This document shows positions 12,152-23,000 of a stretch of DNA of 64,000 nucleotides, in pieces (the first letter of the stretch is position 1; the number at the start of each line of letters is the position of its first letter). The stretch is from assembly GCA_907165135.1 (NCBI GenBank), contig OU015566.1:7564001-7628000 (forward strand), read 5' to 3'. Position numbers and translations under genes: made by a program. This DNA comes from Oikopleura dioica. Lineage: Eukaryota > Animalia > Chordata. Under the pieces are notes generated by a model, which saw only the letters and a program-made list of their open reading frames with translations, did not search any database and had not been told where the DNA came from.

Positions 12152-12613
12152 ATGAAACCTGGGGATCCTTCATTGATGCAAAGAAAGAAAAGACAGCCCG
12201 AGAAAGAAAACGTCGAGCAACGACCACCGAGCAACCAGAAGTCGCCAAAGAAGGCAGAGGAGAAGACAGTCCAAGAGTCACTCGTCGAGAAGGGCGAAGA
12301 GGAGGGCGAGATCTACCCCGTCGAGAAAATTATCGGGAGACGAAACTTCCGGGGAACGATCCAATACGCAGTTCTTTGGGAAAATTGGAGCATTGACGAC
12401 GCAACTTGGGAGCCACTCGAGAATTTGACTGAATGCGGGGAGAAGATCAAAGAATTCGAAGAGAAACTCGCAGAGATTCGACTATTGATCAAGATCGAAA
12501 AGGTCGCTTCCTTTCTGGACTCAATCGCTGACATCTTTTAGTCATCTTTCATTGATCTTTCGTTATTGAATGTACTATTCGTCTTATACTACAAGTACCC
12601 TTACGAATGTTAA
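12152..12613 (+). CDS. Chromodomain protein 1 of tandem cluster
   Basis: YPVEKIIGRRNFRGTIQYAVLWENWSIDDATWEPLENL. A 39-nt GT-AG intron at 12503-12541 gives a hydrophobic last exon ending at 12613. The 5' end is uncertain. Confidence 0.85.
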
Positions 12614-12912
12614 AACTTTCCCTTTAAAATTTATAGGCTATAAATAATTACGACAACTAATCTGCTAAAATCGTATCCTTTTGTAACTTTCATCCGAAGA
12701 TTTGAACCGAATAAACTGAATCCTACTGAGATCGATTGACTTCGAAACTGCAAAAGTAAACAGTATTGGGCCCGGGTTTCCATTGGGCTGTCCAAGATCC
12801 CCCGCTGTAGATAGCAACTCAAGCGCGCAAAAATTTTATTGCTCAAGGCCTAGTGAGCGGGACTAGTTTTCAAAACGAGAAACGGAAGCTTCGAAAATTT
12901 CATTTTTTGAAA

Positions 12913-14341
12913 ATGGAAGAATCAAGTACTCCTCAACCCAGAGTCTCCCGAAAAAAGAATCGAATTCAAAAAAGACGAAAGCCAAAAAGATCTGACTTCA
13001 TGACAACTAACAAGAACGTCCTTCACAACTTTATTCACTACAAGGTACTGAACCTTTACATTCAAATATAATCAAGGTTCCTAGGGTGAAGTGATTACAA
13101 TCATTCAAACAAGAATTAACGAAGAAGAAAGGCAAAAGTATCCGGACGGATACACGACGTTTTCAGCATACCGACGTTTTCAGCAACCGACGTTTTCAGC
13201 ATAACGACGTTTTCAGCGCCGTTGAATTCGTCGGTTTGCTGAAAACGTCGGTTTGCTGAAAACATCGTTTTTCACCTGAAAACGCGTGGGCGTTTGCCGG
13301 AACGAAATTTTCAAACCAAATGGATCTAAAGGCGAGGTTCTCGCAATTTAATTGGCTAGTTAATAGTTTAAAAGCATTTCTAAATGAGTCATTAAGAATG
13401 CATTATTTAGAAAACATTATTATGCATTATTTAGAAAAATGTAAGAATTAGCTAAATTACTTCTTAATACATTATTATCATAATAATCATTAGTCACTAT
13501 AAATCACCAGAAAGTTTACAGTATAAACGTATTATCTAGTTTCGTGAATCTGTTTTAAAACAATGAAAATAATGATAAATCAATATTGAAAAAGATAAAA
13601 ATAATAATTTTGTTAAATATAATCTTTTGTAAATGATTCATTTAATGAATATTATTTATATATTATTTATATATTTTATGAATATTAATAATATTACATC
13701 GATTTTATGTTATTTTACGATTTACGGAAATATCGTTTTCAGATGTAGTTTGATAAAATGATTGCCTCTCTAAACGCCCACGCGTTTTCAGGTGAAAAAC
13801 GACGTTTTCAGCAAACCGACGTTTTCAGCAAACCGACGAATTCAGCGGCGCTGAAAACATCGTTATGCTGAAAACGTCGGTTGCTGAAAACGTCGGTATG
13901 CTGAAAACGTCGTGTATCCTATCCGGACAGAATCCGATATTGGCCGCTGAAGCAAATCTATGATCTAAAAAATAGAGTTCGACCTGGAGAATTAGAAAAG
14001 GAAGAGGACGAGAAAGAAGATAAAGTCCCGTCAGAAAAGCCAAAATCAACCGCAGAATATGAAGTAAAAAACGAGGCGCTAAAAACCAAGTCTGCTACAC
14101 TGAGCTTCATGATGAGCCCGATCCCCGGCAAAAGTCCGTAGTGATAGCGCAAACCGACTTGCCTGAATATGAAGTCGAAGAAATCATCGATAAGAGAGTA
14201 GTGAAACATGATTCCGAAGAGATCATAACTTACAAAGTGCTGTGGAAGGGATACCCACCTGAGGAGGCGACATGGGAGGGTGCTTCAAACTTGGGGAACT
14301 GCTCTGAATTGATTCAAGAGTTTGAACGAAAAAGAACATGA
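12913..14341 (+). pseudogene. Chromodomain gene 2, interrupted by a transposon and an apparent frameshift
   Basis: N-terminal exons are paralogous to genes 3 and 4 (KNRIQKR.KPK.SD...HYK). Exon 2 is split by the element at 13148-13919, and the frame changes near 14060. C-terminal chromodomain YEVEEIIDKR...YKVLWKGYPPEEATWEGASNL. Confidence 0.7.
13148..13919. mobile_element. Mutator/foldback-like non-autonomous element (772 bp)
   Basis: ~150-bp TIRs starting GGATACACGACG, built of tandem CGACGTTTTCAGC units, around an AT-rich core. 9-bp TSD TATCCGGAC at 13139-13147 and 13920-13928. Confidence 0.92.
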
Positions 14342-14783
14342 ACTGATGCCGGAAAAATCATCGAAATAACAACTCTAAAACCTTCTAAATAAATCATTCT
14401 AACAATCCATCATGCTGTCTAGTAGAATAGTTGTCACTGTGTTGAATGTTTAAAACCAATAAATCACCAAAGCCTTTAACTTTTTCGCTTTCTTTAAAAA
14501 GCATAATGGTTAGCATTTAGGCAAACCATAAAAACGACAGGGGAGGAAGAGTTTTGAAATCTAGAGAAAAGCTGGAGTTGATAAATCTTGAAGTTTCAGG
14601 GCGTGGCAGTGAGGAACTGTGCAAGTTCCGGGTTTTCATTTCTGGATTCACTGGACTCTCACGAGTTCTGACTCAGAAGGCGCAACCCAATCACCGCCGT
14701 AAAGCGAGAGATAGCGAATTTTCAATTTTAATTCTCTGTCAGAAAAAAGGTTTCTTGAGGAGGACCAAGTACCAGATCCAGTT

Positions 14784-16484
14784 ATGGGGAGAATAAAGAA
14801 TCGGATTCAAAAAAGACCAAAGCCTAAGTTGTCGGACGCTATCTGTACTGATAAGAGCATTGTCAATAACCTCATTCATTACAAGGTAAATACGACTATT
14901 GAAGAGAATTATGAACGAATATTCAGGGCTATATAATGATGGTCATTCACACGAGACTAGAGCCAGGAGAGAAGATTGAAAATGAAGAAAACAAACGATA
15001 TTGGCCGTATAAAGATATGCATCTACTGAAGAACGTAGTCAGACTAACGAAGGAACAACTTCGCCCCCAGGAGAAAGAACCAGTGAAGACAGAGAGGAAA
15101 GAAAATACCGGACGAAATCAACGACGAGGACGCGCGGCGAAAAAGCGAGGCATCGACTTCTACGCTGAAAACAACGATGACGATTTGATCTTGGATGAGC
15201 CCCAGCAGCCGGTGTTAAAGGTATTCATCTGTATGTTTTTGATGATTTATGCCCTTTCATAGACGGAGCCGGTGAGTGAGGAAAATCAAGAAGAGGAAGA
15301 AGAGGTCGACAAAATCATCGGAAAGCGCTTTGACGAACGAGCCAAAACAGTATATTATCAAGTGTTGTGGAAGGGACTGCCGCTTTCTTACGCAACATGG
15401 GAGCCCCTATCGAATCTGACGAATTGCAAGGAGTGCATCAAGGACTTTGAAAAGAAGGAAACAGCGGGAAAACCCATCCAGCAGCGCGGAAGAGGGAGGC
15501 CAAAAAAGGAGCCGTTGTTGATCAAGGCCGAATACAACGATGAAGTCCACGCTCGATCTCTACGTCCAACGCCTCGACAACGAGTTCTGTCGAATACGTC
15601 GGTAAAAGTAAGTTTTATAAACAAAAATTTGCTATATTATTCGCGGAAGGTCGAACCCTCAACGAAGAAAACGAAGAAGAAAGCAGCCTCGCAGAAGGAA
15701 TGGGAAGTCCAGGAGATCATCGACAAACGCCGATTCGACAACGGAGTTATTCGATATCATGTGCTCTGGAAAGGATGGCCTCGGGAGTCAGGAACATGGG
15801 AGCGCAAAGCTAACCTCACGAACTGCGCTGCAAAGCTTAAAGAATTCGAGAAGAAGCTGTCTTCAAAAGAAAGAAAGAGTAGCAGAAGCAGACCAAGAAA
15901 GGAGGAAGTTGTAATCAAGGACAGAGGTGGTAAATTTCTCCCTAACGATATCTAAAATACCTACTATTGGCAATAGTCTATTGCTTAAAAACTAGACTTT
16001 GAGAGTAAATTATCCACCTCTAATCAAGACAGAATATCTTGAAAATCCAGAATTGCCTGTTGTCCGACAAACAAAACGGAAGAAAAAACTAGTTGATATA
16101 AAGGTATCTCAATTGTTATTATTCACAATAATATTAGTAATTTTTCGATCAAACAAATTAAAATTATTTGAAAATGAATTTATATATGGTACTTTATTTA
16201 ATAAAATTTGATAGACGGAGCCTGTGGATCTAACCCAAGACTGGGACCCTGCAACGGAATGGGAAGTCGAAAAGATCATTGGAAAGCAGAGTCTCAATGA
16301 CGGAACCGTTCAATACCGAGTTCTCTGGAAAGGATGGCCTGCCGAGACAGCAACATGGGAGCCCTTGATGAACCTGACAAGCTGCGACGAGAAAATTCGA
16401 GACTTCGAGAACAATGCCAACGCCAGAAGATCGAAGCGCATCAACATCCAGAAGGACCGAAAGAACCCGAATGAGCGAGAGTGA
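14784..16484 (+). CDS. Chromodomain gene 3: three chromodomains plus AT-hook
   Basis: Spliced model gives a shared N-terminal domain, then CD1 (YQVLWKGLPLSYATWEPLSNL), AT-hook RGRGRPKK, CD2 (YHVLWKGWPRESGTWERKANL) and CD3 (YRVLWKGWPAETATWEPLMNL). Confidence 0.88.
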
Positions 16485-17070
16485 GAATACAGAATGAAAA
16501 ACTGAAAGAAACATGTTACATTGTGCATAATTTTTGCTGGTTTAACATGAAATATAGCTCGATTGAAAACTAATAAATCATGAAATCCCATTTTTCTTTC
16601 AATTTCTTACATAAAAAAAGCATAAAGTAGATCTTATACAGCAGCGTGAAGATGATGAGTATCCGAAATTCCTACTACCGAGCTAAGGGGCGAATCATCG
16701 GCAGCGTGTCAAATGCCAAATCATGAGATATCGGTGACCGTTATCTTAAAAAGATTACATGATTCATGTGACATGGACTTTCCCATTTTCGTTTCTACGC
16801 AACTCTGTAGAACTCAGAATTGAAAAACAAGATCTAAACAACTTTTATCTACACGCTTGATGCGTTTCCGGATCAAAACTGATCCGTATCTCGAAAACAC
16901 AGCAGAGACGCATCGCCAATACTCGAGATTTGTTTTCTAGACTCAAAAGTTCTGACTCAGAAAGCGCAAGTTGCACCCCAATCACCGCGGAAAAAGCGAG
17001 AGAAAGCAGATTTTCAATATTCTCAGTCAGGAAACAGTTTCTTGAGGAGAAGAAAGTACCAGATCCAGTC

Positions 17071-18410
17071 ATGGGGAGAATCAAGAACCGAATTCAAAAA
17101 AGACCAAAGCCAAAGTTGTCGGATTACATTTGCACTGATAAAAACATTGTTAATAACATCATTCTTTACAAGGTAAGTTAACCTATTGAAGAGTAATTAA
17201 TTATGAATGAATTTATTTAGGGTTATATAATGACGATCAAACATACTAGATTGGAGCCGGGAGAGAAGATCGACGACGAAAACAAACGATATGTGCCGTT
17301 TGAAGACATGCACCTATTGAAGAACGTAGTGAGGCTGACGAAGGAGCAACTTCGACCTCAGGAGAAAGAGCCAGTGAAGGTAGAGGGCAATAAAAGCTGC
17401 GAAGAAAATCAAGGACGAGAACACAAGGCGCAAGAAGGAGGAAAAAAATCCCAAGATGAAGATAACAACGCTGAAGTTATCTGCGATCATCTAAAACAAG
17501 TTTCGCAAAAGGTATTCTCCTTTAAATTTCTGATAGTATATTTTTACTTTTCTATAGACAGCGCCACTGCCTGATGGAACTCAAAAATCCGAAAATAAAT
17601 GCAATACGCGCGTTTTACGTTCAACAGCACGAAAACGAATGCAGTCGACTACTGAGATAAAAGTAAGCCTAAGAAACTACTTCTGTTTAATTAATTTCTT
17701 ATAAGAAACTCGACGCTGAAGCTCCACAAGAATCTGAGGAATCTAAAAAAGTGGGGAATTGTGAGAAACATGACAAGAGCTCCCCAGTAGCGAGCTGCGA
17801 ACCTGCGTTAAATTCAGATGAAATTGAGGCGAGTCCTGAGGTGAGATAACTGTTCGACCTTTTCTCCAAGTAATCTTACAGGTGTCAAATATCAGCCCAG
17901 CTGAAGAAACCGACAAAAAGGAAGACACTCAAGGTTCATCTCGCTGCAGCCGAATTCAAGCGCCTCAAAAGAATGTGGATGGTCACAAGGTTCATTTATA
18001 CATCCAAAAAAATCACCATAACTTTTATTTAGACTTCAGAAAATCAAACCAATAACCGAAGATTGCGACCGAGACCAAGAAAAAGATTGGAGCCGCGAAG
18101 AATCATCGGAAAACACCGAGTAACTAGCGGAGCAATTTGTTATTTGGTGCTTTGGAAAGGGCTCCCCAGATACTGTGCAACCTGGAAGCTCGGATCTCAG
18201 TTGCCCGCTGAGATGATAGAAAAGTTCGAAAAGACGATCAGACGGAAAGATGATACAGACCAGAATGTGTCAGGCGGACAGAAGGCAAAGAGAGGAAGAC
18301 CAAAAAAGACAGAAGTTCGAGCTTTCACAAGCAAAGTCAGCGTAAGAAGATCCACTCGTATCAACAATCAAAACGTCCGACCAAATCCAAATCGACGACA
18401 CCGAAAATAA
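17071..18410 (+). CDS. Chromodomain gene 4: one degenerate chromodomain plus AT-hook
   Basis: N-terminus is highly similar to gene 3 and the exons splice in frame. EPRRIIGKH...YLVLWKGLPRYCATWKLGSQL is followed by KRGRPKK. Confidence 0.82.
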
Positions 18411-18575
18411 AGAATAGGATCCAACGACAATTTATTTGTATGATAAATATTTTGTGATGTCTATTAAAATTCGAGTTCACATGGAAAATATATGTACTGC
18501 TCACATTCAATGCTGAAAAATCAATAAATCATAAAATTATATCTCCTCTTTATTTCCTGTTTCTGGCAGAAAAGC

Positions 18576-20015
18576 ATGACACCTATTGAAGCAGAACAGG
18601 TCCTAAACCGGACGATCAACAACCAATACGGCCTTGTTAGAAAGATTGGCTCTGGTTCGTTCGGAACCATTTATCTGGGCACAGAGAGCAGGACCAAAAC
18701 AGAGCTCGCCATCAAAGTTGAGCGCAAATACTCCCGCAAACCACAGCTTCCATTCGAAAGCCAAGTCTACAAACGGCTCAACCACCCGTTCATGAAGAGC
18801 ATGAGGCCACCAGGATTCCCGAAATTGAGATATTTTGGGGTCGACAATGATTACAGTTATTTGGTAATGGATTTGGTCGGACCGACGCTAGAGTCTCTTT
18901 TCAACTTTTGCTCGAGAAGTTTCAAACTAAAAACAGTTCTGCAGATTATGGATCAACTAGGTTTTGTGACAGCTTTTTATTCATTACAGACAAAACGGAC
19001 AATTCCGGAACGGGCAATTCCGGAGATTTGAGGGAAATCGTTAAAAATTTTGTAAACGCACAATTCCGGAAATTTCAGACAAAAAATTCAACTGAGAGGT
19101 CTATTTTGTATATAGGACCACCTTTTCGCGAAATATTACGAAGAATTTTCAGAAAAGAAATGAGAGAAGGGTCAAAAAAGCCATGAGTAGCACTAAAAAA
19201 GCCCATTTTCTGGTTGACACCCTTAAAAAGGCACTTTGGAAGCAAAAAATTTTCAATTAGAATTCGGACAATTCCGGAGATTTGGCGCTTTTCCCCGAAA
19301 AAAAAAATTCCGGAATTGTCCGTTTTGTCTGTATATTGATTTTCTAGTGACAAGAGTTGAACATGTCCACAGCAAGGATCTCATCCATCGAGACATCAAA
19401 CCAGGTAAAAACTATGATCGAATATCTTCTTGAAATCAAAGAAGACAATCTGACAATCGGACTGGGATCGACTTCAAGTCAGATAATGATGATCGACTTC
19501 GGTCTGTCCAAATTCTACCGCCATCCGAAAACGAAAAAGCACAAAACTTTTGAAACGGACGCTTCTTTCGTGGGAACAGCAAAATTCTGCTCTAGGTACA
19601 CTTCCAAAGGAGAGACATCTTCAAGACGAGATGATATGGAAAGCGTTGCGTATACTATGATTTGTAAGAGACAATAACATTTCTTCTAATGGTAGATTTT
19701 TTACTCGGAACCCTTCCTTGGGTGAATTTGAAGTCAACGACAAGATGGCAAAAGCTAGAAATGATCTTGGACTCGAAGCAAACCATGGTCGTTGAGAAAA
19801 CTTTGAAAGGCTTTCCTAAGGAGCTTCAGCAATTTGTGACCTACTGCCGATCATTGAAATTCGAAGATCAGGTACAAAGTCAAATGTAAATTGGACTCTG
19901 GTTATGTCTAACTCTTCAGCCAGACTACATGTATCTACGAAATCTGCTCAGAGGCCTTGCGTTTCAGTGGAAAATAGAGTTTGATGGAGTTTATTGCTGG
20001 AACAAAAAGAAATAA
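18576..20015 (+). CDS. Casein kinase 1 family kinase (divergent)
   Basis: IGSGSFGTIYLG, LAIKVE, YLVMDLVGPTLESLFNFCSRSFKLKTVL, HRDIKPDN, IDFGLSK, SRRDDMES, LPWVNLK and PDYMYLR across GT-AG introns. Confidence 0.93.
18987..19331. mobile_element. Tc1/mariner-like MITE inside CK1 intron 1
   Basis: 24-bp TIR CAGACAAAACGGACAATTCCGGAA with TA on both flanks and internal CAATTCCGGA repeats. Lies within intron 18961-19346. Confidence 0.88.
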
Positions 20016-20080
20016 AGAACAAACGAGATCAAAGAACGACCCTTTGAACTCTTCAAAACTTTTAAAGTTGCTTTGTTTAT

Positions 20081-23000
20081 TTACTTTGATAAAGGTAGAA
20101 GGGCAAATGAACTCATGAGGAACATCTTGGAGAAATAGTTTTTTGAAATAATGTTATCATTCGTAACTTCCTCTGCAACTGAACAAAAGCTGCCAGGAAT
20201 GCTGCTGAGAAATTCATCAATAATCTTTTCTTCTCGTTCTGATATCATCAAAAAACTAATGTACAGTATTTTCGATGGCTGAGGTAAAGAAGCGTGTCAT
20301 GGTGCGAGGGTGGGAGTTGAGTCGTCGTGGAGTTCGTGCTATTTCTTCTTATTTCATATTTTATTAAATATTCTAGAGGTTCGTTTCTTCTTCCAAGAGA
20401 TACGTTTTTACCATTCCCTTTCCTTTTACAAATATTTCACCACGTGGCACCCAGGAAAATCTACAAATATTAGTAAAGAACTGTTAAATTTGGCAAAAGT
20501 ACTTTAATTTGTCTAGATTGCGCTTGTTTCCAATGAGGCAGAGCTGGTTCATGAGGTCTTCGGTGATCTGGATTTTGTCGCACAGCCCTGTACTGTCCAT
20601 TCGCGACGCAACGTTAACTGTATTTCCCCAAATATCGAAGAGCAACTTTTCGATGCCCATCACTCCAGCGGTTACTTCCCCGCAGTGGGCGCCAATTCGT
20701 AATTTCCACCTTGAAAGCAATTTTAGACAAAGAAAGAAAAACATTTTTTCATACTCGAATGAAATCATATTCTGACTGAATGCTTCGACGGTCTTCTGGA
20801 TGTCAATAAGAAATTCGATCATTCGCTCAATCGGATGGATGTCGACAGTTTCGTCGTGCTCGTCTTCTGACCATCTAAGACCCGCAGCGCCCATATAAGT
20901 TGAACTCGTAGTCTAAGAAAATTTTAAAAAAGAAAAGACGGCCGATAAATACCTTGATCTTGTCGATGCTGGTTCGATAGACATCCTTGTCGAGCAAATC
21001 GTCGATGTCGGAGATCAGTTCACTCAGAACACTAGAAATGATAAACTTTAAAAGTTGACAGGGAATCGAATTGGTACCGGATAAATTCAGTGCCCGAGTT
21101 GAACTGCTCTTCGTACATTTCTTGAAAGTTTGAGACGGAAGCGAAAAAGACGCCAACCATTTCGTGGTTTTTGGAATAATGTTTCTAGCAATGAAATAAC
21201 CGATAATAATACTTTTGACTCTTACTCTGTCGCGGACGCAGGAGATAACATGCTCGGGGATGACGTTGTTTAATAGCGTCTTGGCAAAGTCGCGTTGTTC
21301 CTTTACCCGCTGTCGTTTCAGTTTAGCGATGATATTTGCCTAATGAGCCGATTGCAAAAGGCGAGAAAAGGGGGCATTTACCTTGAAATTGAGACGATGC
21401 GAAACCTCGTAGGCACGGTTTTCGAAGAACAGCAATAAGGAAAGCAAGAATAAGGCCATGATCCATTGGAAATAATCAGTATTCAATAAACAGTACTTTG
21501 AAATAGTTGATAAGCGGGCTAATTAACAATCTGTGGATTACCATGTACAAAGAGGAAAGGCAGAATCCGACAATAATGATGATTAAGGCGATAGTAGTGC
21601 GAAGGTTTGAAGAAAGATTGGAAAAGTTGATTGAGTGGAGCGCGCAGACAGCCAAGATGATCATCAAGTATTCGTGTGCGCCTGGAGGATAGTGTCCGGT
21701 GAGGGAGGGGTCGGGAGAGGATGAACTGTTGAGGTTGGAATCGTTTGGTTGGGAGCAATGCTCTTGCGTAGCGGCAACAATAGCTAGAATGATGATTTAT
21801 TGATGGAAATTTTGCACAGAAAAATCTTTTCTCGGAGATTTTTTCTATGTAGTACATAGTATGTACTTCTCATTAGAAAATTGTTTTCCAGACAATTTTG
21901 CGATCAACTAACCTGGTAAGCATGGAAAAATAAGAAAGAGAGCTCCTAAAGTATGCCTGTATTGCCAGGACATGAGAAGGTCAATAGAAGGGCGCAAATT
22001 CTTCGCCTTGCAGAGAACCAAATAGACGATTGAAAGAACAACGCAGGCGATGAAAACGGCGAGCGCTGCCGGGTGGAAGCCAATTGCTACTGTGACGGCT
22101 GCGAAGAGCACGCTCTGGGAGATGATGCTCAAGATGATGTCGCGGCACCAACGGTCGATGGGAAATGTATTTTCAGCGAGGGAGGATGCGCTTGCGCTGA
22201 AGGAAGCATTCTCGACTTCGAAACCTTGGCGGTAAAGGTTTTCTAGGCGCAAGCTACTTCTAAAAACGGCTTTTTGATGGAGTAAAGGGGTAAAATACCT
22301 TTGGTTAGGAGTCGAACTAACAGCGAATTCGTCATTTTCAAGCTCCTTTTGGACATCTTTGAAATTGAGCGTGACGGCATTCATTAGTCCTCCACCGAGC
22401 TCTCCTCGCCGGTGGAAGTACTCTTCGGCTTTGCCGCCATGAGTTTGATCCTGATTTTCAGTTTGTTTGTGAATCAGAGCAATGGCCGTCGTCCGTGGGG
22501 CTTCCCCATATCTCCCTTCACCATTTTCAAGCTAGAATCAACAAATCAACTTTTTGATTTTGTTCACCGATTTGGTAAATTTCTGCAAACTTTCACGAAA
22601 TGATAGAGCGGAGAAATTTGTTGAAAAACAAATTAATTCGATCCCGATTTTAATATAAATGGATAATCATATAATGTTTTATCCGTGCAGCGGTGTTTTT
22701 CCAGAAGCGGAATATTCCTAAAGTGGAACTCGCTATTCTGGTGGATTTGCGTGAATTACAGAATTAGCAAGGATTGAAAAGGATTAATGATTTACCAGGG
22801 ATACCTGGCAGTCCTCCTCTCGGAGGGCCAGCTTTGAACCATCATAATCGTGGGTAGATCCGTCGACTGTTACAAGGTTCAGGCGATGAGTAGGATAATA
22901 CAGCGCTCTTACTGTATTACAAATAAAAAATATAAAACAATGAAAACGTCCACTATTGCAGGCTCATTCAATTTTAACCTTTCCTGTCGAATTGAGCTCA

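Noticed and set aside
13148-13300. CRISPR-like array of CGACGTTTTCAGC repeats
   Set aside because: No unique spacers; the units are subrepeats of a transposon TIR in a eukaryotic genome.
12152-18410. Chromovirus (Ty3/Gypsy) integrase remnants
   Set aside because: No integrase, RT or LTR, and the genes have conserved spliceosomal introns.
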